Both the position numbers and the translations under genes were made by a program. This document shows positions 50,624 to 64,000 of a stretch of DNA of 64,000 bases, one piece after another. Source of the stretch: Nemertoderma westbladi (taxonomy: Eukaryota; Animalia; Xenacoelomorpha); assembly GCA_032718475.1 (NCBI GenBank), contig JAUCBJ010005472.1, forward strand, positions 1 through 64,000, read 5' to 3'. The notes below the pieces were generated by a model. It did not search any database. It was given only the letters and a program-made list of their open reading frames with translations, and was not told the DNA's origin. The first letter of the stretch is position 1; each line of letters starts with the position of its first letter.

Positions 50624-53600
50624 CCGCACATAAGTGTTTATCCAGCCTTGCCTCTGTCCGTGATTGTATTAAACTCGCATTAGTACCGCACATAAGTGTT
50701 TATCCAGCCTTGCCTCTGTCCGCGATTGTATTAAACTCGCTTTAGTACAGCACATAAGTGTTTATCCAGCCTTGCCTCTGTCCGTGATTGTATTAAACTC
50801 GCATTAGTACCGCACATAAGTGTTTATCAAGCCTTGCCTCTGTCCGTGATTGTATTAAACTCGCATTAGTACGCACATAAGTGTTTATCCAGCCTTGCCT
50901 CTGTCCGTGATTGTATTAAACTCGCATTAGTACAGCACATAAGTGTTTATCAAGCCTTGCCTCTGTCCGTGATTGTATTAAACTCGCATTAGTACCGCAC
51001 ATAAGTGTTTATCAAGCCTTGCCTCTGTCCGTGATTGTATTAAACTCGCATTAGTACGCACATAAGTGTTTATCCAGCCTTGCCTCTGTCCGTGATTGTA
51101 TTAAACTCGCATTAGTACCGCACATAAGTGTTTATCCAGCCTTGCCTCTGTCCGCGATTGTATTAAACTCGCATTAGTACGCACATAAGTGTTTATCCAG
51201 CCTTGCCTCTGTCCGTGATTGTATTAAACTCGCATTAGTACAGCACATAAGTGTTTATCCAGCCTTGCCTATGTCCGTGATTGTATTAAACTCGCATTAG
51301 TACCGCACATAAGTGTTTATCCAGCCTTGCCTCTGTCCGTGATTGTATTAAACTCGCATTAGTACAGCACATAAGTGTTTATCCAGCCTTGCCTCTGTCC
51401 GTGATTGTATTAAACTCGCATTAGTACCGCACATAAGTGTTTATCCAGCCTTGCCTCTGTCCGTGATTGTATTAAACTCGCATTAGTACCGCACATAAGT
51501 GTTTATCCAGCCTTGCCTCTGTCCGTGATTGTATTAAACTCGCATTAGTACCGCACATAAGTGTTTATCCAGCCTTGCCTCTGTCCGTGATTGTATTAAA
51601 CTCGCATTAGTACCGCACATAAGTGTTTATCCAGCCTTGCCTCTGTCCGTGATTGTATTAAACTCGCATTAGTACCGCACATAAGTGTTTATCCAGCCTT
51701 GCCTCTGTCCGTGATTGTATTAAACTCGCATTAGTACCGCACATAAGTGTTTATCCAGCCTTGCCTCTGTCCGTGATTGTATTAAACTCGCATTAGTACC
51801 GCACATAAGTGTTTATCCAGCCTTGCCTCTGTCCGTGATTGTATTAAACTCGCATTAGTACCGCACATAAGTGTTTATCCAGCCTTGCCTCTGTCCGTGA
51901 TTGTATTAAACTCGCATTAGTACCGCACATAAGTGTTTATCCAGCCTTGCCTCTGTCCGTGATTGTATTAAACTCGCATTAGTACCGCACATAAGTGTTT
52001 ATCCAGCCTTGCCTCTGTCCGTGATTGTATTAAACTCGCATTAGTACAGCACATAAGTGTTTATCCAGCCTTGCCTCTGTCCGTGATTGTATTAAACTCG
52101 CATTAGTACCGCACATAAGTGTTTATCCAGCCTTGCCTCTGTCCGTGATTGTATTAAACTCGCATTAGTACCGCACATAAGTGTTTATCCAGCCTTGCCT
52201 CTGTCCGTGATTGTATTAAACTCGCATTAGTACCGCACATAAGTGTTTATCCAGCCTTGCCTCTGTCCGTGATTGTATTAAACTCGCATTAGTACAGCAC
52301 ATACGTGTTTATCCAGCCTTGCCTCTGTCCGTGATTGTATTAAACTCGCATTAGTACAGCACATAAGTGTTTATCCAGCCTTGCCTCTGACCGTGATTGT
52401 ATTAAACTCGCATTAGTACCGCACATAAGTGTTTATCCAGCCTTGCCTCTGTCCGTGATTGTATTAAACTCGCATTAGTACCGCACATAAGTGTTTATCC
52501 AGCCTTGCCTCTGTCCGTGATTGTATTAAACTCGCATTAGTACAGCACATACGTGTTTATCCAGCCTTGCCTCTGTCCGCGATTGTATTAAACTCGCATT
52601 AGTACAGCACATAAGTGTTTATCCAGCCTTGCCTCTGACCGTGATTGTATTAAACTCGCATTAGTACAGCACATAAGTGTTTATCCAGCTTTGCCTCTGT
52701 CCGCGATTGTATTAAACTCGAATTAGTACATCACATAAGTGTTTATCCAGCCTTGCCTCTGTCCGTGATTGTATTAAACTCGCATTAGTACAGCACATAA
52801 GTGTTTATCCAGCCTTGCCTCTGACCGTGATTGTATTAAACTCGCATTAGTACCGCACATAAGTGTTTATCCAGCCTTGCCTCTGTCCGTGATTGTATTA
52901 AACTCGCATTAGTACCGCACATAAGTGTTTATCCAGCCTTGCCTCTGTCCGTGATTGTATTAAACTCGCATTAGTACAGCACATACGTGTTTATCCAGCC
53001 TTGCCTCTGTCCGCGATTGTATTAAACTCGCATTAGTACAGCACATAAGTGTTTATCCAGCTTTGCCTCTGTCCGCGATTGTATTAAACTCGAATTAGTA
53101 CATCACATAAGTGTTTATCCAGCCTTGCCTCTGTCCGTGATTGTATTAAACTCGCATTAGTACAGCACATAAGTGTTTATCCAGCCTTGCCTCTGACCGT
53201 GATTGTATTAAACTCGCATTAGTACCGCACATAAGTGTTTATACAGCCTTGCCTCTGTCCGTGATTGTATTAAACTCGCATTAGTACAGCACATAAGTGT
53301 TTATCCAGCCTTGCTACTGACCGTGATTGTATTAAACTCGCATTAGTACAGCACATACGTGTTTATCCAGCCTTGCCTCTGTCCGCGATTGTATTAAACT
53401 CGCATTAGTACAGCACATAAGTGTTTATCCAGCCTTGCCTCTGACCGTGATTGTATTAAACTCGCATTAGTACTGCACATAAGTGTTTATCCAGCCTTGC
53501 CTCTGACCGTGATTGTATTAAACTCGCATTAGTACCGCACATAAAGTGTTTATCCAGCCTTGCCTCTGTCCGTGATTGTATTAAACTCGCATTAGTACAG

Positions 53601-56600
53601 CACATAAGTGTTTATCCAGCCTTGCCTCTGTCCGTGATTGTATTAAACTCGCATTAGTACCGCACATAAGTGTTTATCCAGCCTTGCCTCTGTCCGTGAT
53701 TGTATTAAACTCGCATTAGTACAGCACATAAGTGTTTATCCAGCCTTGCCTCTGTCCGTGATTGTATTAAACTCGCATTAGTACCGCACATAAGTGTTTA
53801 TCCAGCCTTGCCTCTGTCCGTGATTGTATTAAACTCGCATTAGTACAGCACATAAGTGTTTATCCAGCCTTGCCTCTGTCCGTGATTGTATTAAACTCGC
53901 ATTAGTACAGCACATACGTGTTTATCCAGCTTTGCCTCTGTCCGTGATTGTATTAAACTCGCATTAGTACAGCACATAAGTGTTTATCCAGCCTTGCCTC
54001 TGTCCGTGATTGTATTAAACTCGCATTAGTACAGCACATAAGTGTTTATCAAGCCTTGCCTCTGTCCGTGATTGTATTAAACTCGCATTAGTACAGCACA
54101 TACGTGTTTATCCAGCTTTGCCTCTGTCCGTGATTGTATTAAACTCGCATTAGTACAGCACATAAGTGTTTATCAAGCCTTGCCTCTGTCCGTGATTGTA
54201 TTAAACTCGCATTAGTACAGCACATACGTGTTTATCCAGCTTTGCCTCTGTCCGTGATTGTATTAAACTCGCATTAGTACAGCACATAAGTGTTTATCCA
54301 GCCTTGCCTCTGTCCGTGATTGTATTAAACTCGCATTAGTACAGCACATAAGTGTTTATCAAGCCTTGCCTCTGTCCGTGATTGTATTAAACTCGCATTA
54401 CAACCGCACATAAGTGTTTATCAAGCCTTGCCTCTGTCCGTGATTGTATTAAACTCGCATTACAACCGCACATAAGTGTTTATCAAGCCTTGCCTCTGTC
54501 CGTGATTGTATTAAACTCGCATTAGTACCGCACATAAGTGTTTATCCAGCCTTGCCTCTGTCCGTGATTGTATTAAACTCGCATTAGTACAGCACATAAG
54601 TGTTTATCCAGCCTTGCCTCTGTCCGTGATTGTATTAAACTCGCATTAGTACAGCACATAAGTGTTTATCCAGCTTTGCCTCTGTCCGCGATTGTATTAA
54701 ACTCGCATTAGTACCGCACATAAGTGTTTATCCAGCCTTGCCTCTGTCCGTGATTGTATTAAACTCGCATTAGTACCGCACATAAGTGTTTATCCAGCCT
54801 TGCCTCTGTCCGTGATTGTATTAAACTCGCATTAGTACAGCACATAAGTGTTTATCCAGCCTTGCCTCTGACCGTGATTGTATTAAACTCGCATTAGTAC
54901 CGCACATAAGTGTTTATCCAGCCTTGCCTCTGTCCGCGATTGTATTAAACTCGCATTAGTACCGCACATAAGTGTTTATCCAGCCTTGCCTCTGTCCGTG
55001 ATTGTATTAAACTCGCATTAGTACCGCACATAAGTGTTTATCCAGCCTTGCCTCTGTCCGTGATTGTATTAAACTCGCATTAGTACAGCACATAAGTGTT
55101 TATCCAGCCTTGCCTCTCTCCGCGATTGTATTAAACTCGCATTAGTACAGCACATAAAGTGTTTATCCAGCCTTGCCTCTGTCCGTGATTGTATTAAACT
55201 CGCATTAGTACAGCACATAAAGTGTTTATCCAGCCTTGCCTCTGTCCGTGATTGTATTAAACTCGCATTAGTACAGCACATAAAGTGTTTATCCAGCCTT
55301 GCCTCTGTCCGTGATTGTATTAAACTCGCATTAGTACCGCACATAAGTGTTTATCCAGCCTTGCCTCTGTCCGTGATTGTATTGAACTCGCATTAGTACC
55401 GCACATAAGTGGTTATCCAGCCTTGCCTCTGTCCGTGATTGTATTAAACTCGCATTACAACCGCACATAAGTGTTTATCCAGCCTTGCCTCTGTCCGTGA
55501 TTGTATTAAACTCGCATTACAACCGCACATAAGTGTTTATCCAGCCTTGCCTCTGTCCGTGATTGTATTAAACTCGCATTAGTACCGCACATAAGTGTTT
55601 ATCCAGCCTTGCCTCTGTCCGTGATTGTATTAAACTCGCATTAGTACAGCACATAAGTGTTTATCAAGCCTTGCCTCTGTCCGTGATTGTATTAAACTCG
55701 CATTAGTACAGCACATACGTGTTTATCCAGCTTTGCCTCTGTCCGTGATTGTATTAAACTCGCATTAGTACAGCACATAAGTGTTTATCAAGCCTTGCCT
55801 CTGTCCGTGATTGTATTAAACTCGCATTATTACCGCACATAAGTGTTTATCCAGCCTTGCCTCTGTCCGTGATTGTATTAAACTCGCATTAGTACAGCAC
55901 ATAAGTGTTTATCCAGCCTTGCCTCTGTCCGTGATTGTATTAAACTCACATTAGTACCGCACATAAGTGTTTATCCAGCCTTGCCTCTGTCCGCGATTGT
56001 ATTAAACTCGCATTAGTACAGCACATAAGTGTTTATCCAGCCTTGCCTCTGTCCGTGATTGTATTAAACTCGCATTAGTACCGCACATAAGTGTTTATCC
56101 AGCCTTGCCTCTGTCCGTGATTGTATTAAACTCGCATTACAACCGCACATAAGTGTTTATCCAGCCTTGCCTCTGTCCGTGATTGTATTAAACTCGCATT
56201 AGTACCGCACATAAGTGTTTATCCAGCCTTGCCTCTGTCCGTGATTGTATTAAACTCGCATTAGTACCGCACATAAGTGTTTATCCAGCCTTGCCTCTGT
56301 CCGTGATTGTATTAAACTCGCATTAGTACCGCACATAAGTGTTTATCCAGCCTTGCCTCTGTCCGTGATTGTATTAAACTCGCATTAGTACCGCACATAA
56401 GTGTTTATCCAGCCTTGCCTCTGTCCGTGATTGTATTAAACTCGCATTAGTACCGCACATAAGTGTTTATCCAGCCTTGCCTCTGTCCGTGATTGTATTG
56501 AACTCGCATTAGTACCGCACATAAGTGTTTATCCAGCCTTGCCTCTGTCCGTGATTGTATTAAACTCGCATTACTACCGCACATAAGTGTTTATCCAGCC

Positions 56601-59600
56601 TTGCCTCTGTCCGTGATTGTATTAAACTCGCATTACAACCGCACATAAGTGTTTATCCAGCCTTGCCTCTGTCCGTGATTGTATTAAACTCGCATTAGTA
56701 CCGCACATAAGTGTTTATCCAGCCTTGCCTCTGTCCGTGATTGTATTAAACTCGCATTATTACCGCACATAAGTGTTTATCCAGCCTTGCCTCTGTCCGT
56801 GATTGTATTAAACTCGCATTAGTACCGCACATAAGTGTTTATCCAGCCTTGCCTCTGTCCGTGATTGTATTAAACTCGCATTAGTACCGCACATAAGTGT
56901 TTATCCAGCCTTGCCTCTGTGCGTGATTGTATTAAACTCGCATTACAACCGCACATAAGTGTTTATCCAGCCTTGCCTCTGTCCGTGATTGTATGAAACT
57001 CGCATTAGTACCGCACATAAGTGTTTATCCAGCCTTGCCTCTGTCCGTGATTGTATTAAACTCGCATTAGTACCGCACATAAGTGTTTATCCAGCCTTGC
57101 CTCTGTCCGTGATTGTATTAAACTCGCATAAAGTACCGCACATAAGTGTTTATCCAGCCTTGCCTCTGTCCGTGATTGTATGAAACTCGCATTAGTACCG
57201 CACATAAGTGTTTATCCAGCCTTGCCTCTGTCCGTGATTGTATTAAACTCGCATTACAACCGCACATAAGTGTTTATCCAGCCTTGCCTCTGTCCGTGAT
57301 TGTATGAAACTCGCATTAGTACCGCACATAAGTGTTTATCCAGCCTTGCCTCTGTCCGTGATTGTATTAAACTCGCATTAGTACCGCACATATGTGTTTA
57401 ACCAGCCTTGCCTCTGTCCGTGATTGTATTAAACTCGCATTAGTACCGCACATAAGTGTTTATCCAGCCTTGCCTCTGTCCGTGATTGTATTAAACTCGC
57501 ATTAGTACCGCACATAAGTGTTTATCCAGCCTTGCCTCTGTCCGTGATTGTATTAAACTCGCATTAGTACCGCACATAAGTGTTTATCCAGCCTTGGCTC
57601 TGTCCGTGATTGTATTAAACTCGCATTTGTACAGCACATAAGTGTTTATCCAGCCTTGCCTCTGTCCGTGATTGTATTAAACTCGCATTAGTACCGCACA
57701 TAAGTGTTTATCCAGCCTTGCCTCTGTCCGTGATTGTATTAAACTCGCATTAGTACAGCACATAAGTGTTTATCCAGCCTTGCCTCTGTCCGTGATTGTA
57801 TTAAACTCGCTTTAGTACAGCACATAAGTGTTTATCCAGCCTTGCCTCTGTCCGCGATTGTATTAAACTCGCATTAGTACCGCACATAAGTGTTTATCCA
57901 GCCTTGCCTCTGACCGTGATTGTATTAAACTCGCATTAGTACCGCACATAAGTGTTTATCCAGCCTTGCCTCTGTCCGTGATTGTATTAAACTCGCATTA
58001 GTACCGCACATAAGTGTTTATCCAGCCTTGCCTCTGTCCGTGATTGTATTAAACTCGCATTAGTACAGCACATAAGTGTTTATCCAGCCTTGCCTCTGTC
58101 CGTGATTGTATTAAACTCGCTTTAGTACAGCACATAAGTGTTTATCCAGCCTTGCCTCTGTCCGTGATTGTATTAAACTCGCATTAGTACAGCACATAAG
58201 TGTTTATCCAGCCTTGCCTCTGTCCGTGATTGTATTAAACTCGCATTAGTACAGCACATAAGTGTTTATCCAGCCTTGCCTCTGTCCGCGATTGTATTAA
58301 ACTCGCATTAGTACCGCACATAAGTGTTTATCCAGCCTTGCCTCTGTCCGTGATTGTATTAAACTCGCATTAGTACCGCACATAAGTGTTTATCCAGCCT
58401 TGCCTCTGTCCGTGATTGTATTAAACTCGCATTAGTACAGCACATAAGTGTTTATCCAGCCTTGCCTCTGTCCGCGATTGTATTAAACTCGCATTAGTAC
58501 CGCACATAAGTGTTTATCCAGCCTTGCCTCTGTCCGCGATTGTATTAAACTCGCATTAGTACCGCACATAAGTGTTTATCCAGCCTTGCCTCTGTCCGTG
58601 ATTGTATTAAACTCGCATTAGTACCGCACATAAGTGTTTATCCAGCCTTGCCTCTGTCCGTGATTGTATTAAACTCGCATTAGTACAGCACATAAGTGTT
58701 TATCCAGCCTTGCCTCTGTCCGTGATTGTATTAAACTCGCATTAGTACAGCACATAAGTGTTTATCCAGCCTTGCCTCTGTCCGTGATTGTATTAAACTC
58801 GCATTAGTACCGCACATAAGTGTTTATCCAGCCTTGCCTCTGTCCGTGATTGTATTAAACTCGCATTAGTACCGCACATAAGTGTTTATCCAGCCTTGCC
58901 TCTGTCCGTGATTGTATTAAACTCGCATTAGTACCGCACATAAGTGTTTATCCAGCCTTGCCTCTGTCCGTGATTGTATTAAACTCGCTTTAGTACAGCA
59001 CATAAGTGTTTATCCAGCCTTGCCTCTGTCCGCGATTGTATTAAACTCGCATTAGTACCGCACATAAGTGTTTATCCAGCCTTGCCTCTGTCCGCGATTG
59101 TATTAAACTCGCATTAGTACCGCACATAAGTGTTTATCCAGCCTTGCCTCTGTCCGTGATTGTATTAAACTCGCATTAGTACCGCACATAAGTGTTTATC
59201 CAGCCTTGCCTCTGTCCGTGATTGTATTAAACTCGCATTAGTACCGCACATAAGTGTTTATCCAGCCTTGCCTCTGTCCGTGATTGTATTAAACTCGCAT
59301 TAGTACAGCACATAAGTGTTTATCCAGCTTTGCCTCTGTCCGCGATTGTATTAAACTCGCATTAGTACCGCACATAAGTGTTTATCCAGCCTTGCCTCTG
59401 TCCGTGATTGTATTAAACTCGCATTAGTACAGCACATAAGTGTTTATCCAGCCTTGCCTCTGTCCGCGATTGTATTAAACTCGCATTAGTACAGCACATA
59501 AGTGTTTATCCAGCTTTGCCTCTGTCCGCGATTGTATTAAACTCGCATTAGTACCGCACATAAGTGTTTATCCAGCCTTGCCTCTGTCCGTGATTGTATT

Positions 59601-62600
59601 AAACTCGCATTAGTACAGCACATAAGTGTTTATCCAGCCTTGCCTCTGTCCGCGATTGTATTAAACTCGCATTAGTACCGTACATAAGTGTTTATCCAGC
59701 CTTGCCTCTGTCCGTGATTGTATTAAACTCGCATTAGTACCTCACATATGTGTTTATCCAGCCTTGCCTCTGTCCGTGATTGTATTAAACTCGCATTAGT
59801 ACCGCACATAAGTGTTTATCCAGCCTTGCCTCTGTCCGCGATTGTATTAAACTCGCATTAGTACAGCACATAAGTGTTTATCCAGCTTTGCCTCTGTCCG
59901 CGATTGTATTAAACTCGCATTAGTACCGCACATAAGTGTTTATCCAGCCTTGCCTCTGTCCGTGATTGTATTAAACTCGCATTATTACCGCACATAAGTG
60001 TTTATCCAGCCTTGCCTCTGTCCGTGATTGTATTAAACTCGCATTAGTACCGCACATAAGTGTTTATCCAGCCTTGCCTCTGTCCGTGATTGTATTAAAC
60101 TCGCATTAGTACCGCACATAAGTGTTTATCCAGCCTTGCCTCTGTGCGTGATTGTATTAAACTCGCATTACAACCGCACATAAGTGTTTATCCAGCCTTG
60201 CCTCTGTCCGTGATTGTATGAAACTCGCATTAGTACCGCACATAAGTGTTTATCCAGCCTTGCCTCTGTCCGTGATTGTATTAAACTCGCATTAGTACCG
60301 CACATAAGTGTTTATCCAGCCTTGCCTCTGTCCGTGATTGTATTAAACTCGCATAAAGTACCGCACATAAGTGTTTATCCAGCCTTGCCTCTGTCCGTGA
60401 TTGTATGAAACTCGCATTAGTACCGCACATAAGTGTTTATCCAGCCTTGCCTCTGTCCGTGATTGTATTAAACTCGCATTACAACCGCACATAAGTGTTT
60501 ATCCAGCCTTGCCTCTGTCCGTGATTGTATGAAACTCGCATTAGTACCGCACATAAGTGTTTATCCAGCCTTGCCTCTGTCCGTGATTGTATTAAACTCG
60601 CATTAGTACCGCACATATGTGTTTAACCAGCCTTGCCTCTGTCCGTGATTGTATTAAACTCGCATTAGTACCGCACATAAGTGTTTATCCAGCCTTGCCT
60701 CTGTCCGTGATTGTATTAAACTCGCATTAGTACCGCACATAAGTGTTTATCCAGCCTTGCCTCTGTCCGTGATTGTATTAAACTCGCATTAGTACCGCAC
60801 ATAAGTGTTTATCCAGCCTTGGCTCTGTCCGTGATTGTATTAAACTCGCATTTGTACAGCACATAAGTGTTTATCCAGCCTTGCCTCTGTCCGTGATTGT
60901 ATTAAACTCGCATTAGTACCGCACATAAGTGTTTATCCAGCCTTGCCTCTGTCCGTGATTGTATTAAACTCGCATTAGTACAGCACATAAGTGTTTATCC
61001 AGCCTTGCCTCTGTCCGTGATTGTATTAAACTCGCTTTAGTACAGCACATAAGTGTTTATCCAGCCTTGCCTCTGTCCGCGATTGTATTAAACTCGCATT
61101 AGTACCGCACATAAGTGTTTATCCAGCCTTGCCTCTGACCGTGATTGTATTAAACTCGCATTAGTACCGCACATAAGTGTTTATCCAGCCTTGCCTCTGA
61201 CCGTGATTGTATTAAACTCGCATTAGTACCGCACATAAAGTGTTTATCCAGCCTTGCCTCTGTCCGTGATTGTATTAAACTCGCATTAGTACAGCACATA
61301 AGTGTTTATCCAGCCTTGCCTCTGTCCGTGATTGTATTAAACTCGCTTTAGTACAGCACATAAGTGTTTATCCAGCCTTGCCTCTGTCCGTGATTGTATT
61401 AAACTCGCATTAGTACAGCACATAAGTGTTTATCCAGCCTTGCCTCTGTCCGTGATTGTATTAAACTCGCATTAGTACAGCACATAAGTGTTTATCCAGC
61501 CTTGCCTCTGTCCGCGATTGTATTAAACTCGCATTAGTACCGCACATAAGTGTTTATCCAGCCTTGCCTCTGTCCGTGATTGTATTAAACTCGCATTAGT
61601 ACCGCACATAAGTGTTTATCCAGCCTTGCCTCTGTCCGTGATTGTATTAAACTCGCTTTAGTACAGCACATAAGTGTTTATCCAGCCTTGCCTCTGTCCG
61701 CGATTGTATTAAACTCGCATTAGTACCGCACATAAGTGTTTATCCAGCCTTGCCTCTGTCCGCGATTGTATTAAACTCGCATTAGTACCGCACATAAGTG
61801 TTTATCCAGCCTTGCCTCTGTCCGTGATTGTATTAAACTCGCATTAGTACCGCACATAAGTGTTTATCCAGCCTTGCCTCTGTCCGTGATTGTATTAAAC
61901 TCGCATTAGTACAGCACATAAGTGTTTATCCAGCCTTGCCTCTGTCCGTGATTGTATTAAACTCGCATTAGTACAGCACATAAGTGTTTATCCAGCCTTG
62001 CCTCTGTCCGTGATTGTATTAAACTCGCATTAGTACCGCACATAAGTGTTTATCCAGCCTTGCCTCTGTCCGTGATTGTATTAAACTCGCATTAGTACCG
62101 CACATAAGTGTTTATCCAGCCTTGCCTCTGTCCGTGATTGTATTAAACTCGCTTTAGTACAGCACATAAGTGTTTATCCAGCCTTGCCTCTGTCCGCGAT
62201 TGTATTAAACTCGCATTAGTACCGCACATAAGTGTTTATCCAGCCTTGCCTCTGTCCGCGATTGTATTAAACTCGCATTAGTACCGCACATAAGTGTTTA
62301 TCCAGCCTTGCCTCTGTCCGTGATTGTATTAAACTCGCATTAGTACCGCACATAAGTGTTTATCCAGCCTTGCCTCTGTCCGTGATTGTATTAAACTCGC
62401 ATTAGTACCGCACATAAGTGTTTATCCAGCCTTGCCTCTGTCCGTGATTGTATTAAACTCGCATTAGTACAGCACATAAGTGTTTATCCAGCTTTGCCTC
62501 TGTCCGCGATTGTATTAAACTCGCATTAGTACCGCACATAAGTGTTTATCCAGCCTTGCCTCTGTCCGTGATTGTATTAAACTCGCATTAGTACAGCACA

Positions 62601-64000
62601 TAAGTGTTTATCCAGCCTTGCCTCTGTCCGCGATTGTATTAAACTCGCATTAGTACAGCACATAAGTGTTTATCCAGCTTTGCCTCTGTCCGCGATTGTA
62701 TTAAACTCGCATTAGTACCGCACATAAGTGTTTATCCAGCCTTGCCTCTGTCCGTGATTGTATTAAACTCGCATTAGTACAGCACATAAGTGTTTATCCA
62801 GCCTTGCCTCTGTCCGCGATTGTATTAAACTCGCATTAGTACCGTACATAAGTGTTTATCCAGCCTTGCCTCTGTCCGTGATTGTATTAAACTCGCATTA
62901 GTACCTCACATATGTGTTTATCCAGCCTTGCCTCTGTCCGTGATTGTATTAAACTCGCATTAGTACCGCACATAAGTGTTTATCCAGCCTTGCCTCTGTC
63001 CGCGATTGTATTAAACTCGCATTAGTACAGCACATAAGTGTTTATCCAGCTTTGCCTCTGTCCGCGATTGTATTAAACTCGCATTAGTACCGCACATAAG
63101 TGTTTATCCAGCCTTGCCTCTGTCCGTGATTGTATTAAACTCGCATTAGTACAGCACATAAGTGTTTATCCAGCCTTGCCTCTGTCCGCGATTGTATTAA
63201 ACTCGCATTAGTACAGCACATAAGTGTTTATCCAGCTTTGCCTCTGTCCGCGATTGTATTAAACTCGCATTAGTACCGCACATAAGTGTTTATCCAGCCT
63301 TGCCTCTGTCCGTGATTGTATTAAACTCGCATTAGTACCGCACATAAGTGTTTATCCAGCCTTGCCTCTGTCCGCGATTGTATTAAACTCGCATTAGTAC
63401 CGTACATAAGTGTTTATCCAGCCTTGCCTCTGTCCGTGATTGTATTAAACTCGCATTAGTACCTCACATATGTGTTTATCCAGCCTTGCCTCTGTCCGTG
63501 ATTGTATTAAACTCGCATTAGTACCGCACATAAGTGTTTATCCAGCCTTGCCTCTGTCCGCGATTGTATTAAACTCGCATTAGTACAGCACATAAGTGTT
63601 TATCCAGCTTTGCCTCTGTCCGCGATTGTATTAAACTCGCATTAGTACCGCACATAAGTGTTTATCCAGCCTTGCCTCTGTCCGTGATTGTATTAAACTC
63701 GCATTAGTACAGCACATAAGTGTTTATCCAGCCTTGCCTCTGTCCGCGATTGTATTAAACTCGCATTAGTACCGTACATAAGTGTTTATCCAGCCTTGCC
63801 TCTGTCCGTGATTGTATTAAACTCGCATTAGTACCTCACATATGTGTTTATCCAGCCTTGCCTCTGTCCGTGATTGTATTAAACTCGCATTAGTACCGCA
63901 CATAAGTGTTTATCCAGCCTTGCCTCTGTCCGTGATTGTATTAAACTCGCATTAGTACCGCACATAAGTGTTTATCCAGCCTTGCCTCTGTCCGCGATTG
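50624..64000. repeat. Large homogeneous satellite, 62-bp unit (>13 kb, runs off window)
   Basis: Tandem gcacataagtgtttatccagccttgcctctgtccgtgattgtattaaactcgcattagtacc. Confidence 0.98.

Noticed and set aside
55069-60408. ORFs within the 62-bp satellite
   Set aside because: Chance open frames created by variant monomers.
5312-64000. CRISPR-like appearance of the tandem arrays
   Set aside because: All arrays are contiguous monomers without unique spacers, there are no cas genes, and the context is eukaryotic.

Overview
Repeat-dense eukaryotic genomic DNA, most consistent with a marine invertebrate (spliceosomal introns, ShK-domain gene, L2/RTE/BEL/piggyBac/hAT/Chapaev elements); there are no prokaryotic features or CRISPR arrays. 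The window starts with an apparently intact L2-type LINE (minus, ~1-5300). Its ORF1 and ORF2 are in one frame, separated by a single TGA in a CARYYA readthrough context, and ORF2 carries two in-frame 30-bp coding minisatellites. There are two convergent spliced host genes that share a CxxCCP exon-end motif: a 3-exon secreted Cys-rich EGF/ShK/PCSK9-C-terminal-like protein (8266-13355, +) and the last two exons of a mucin-like gene (45687-50471, -). An internally deleted BEL/Pao LTR retrotransposon and two solo LTRs with 5-bp TSDs are present; its primer-binding site is an 11-nt complement of its own LTR (Tf1-like self-priming candidate). The rest comprises five copies or fragments of a piggyBac-type non-autonomous element, a TA-TSD MITE, hAT, Chapaev3-like and LINE relics, and four large satellites (52/55, 66/63, 40 and 62 bp units). 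All family assignments come from motif recognition by eye, not database searches.
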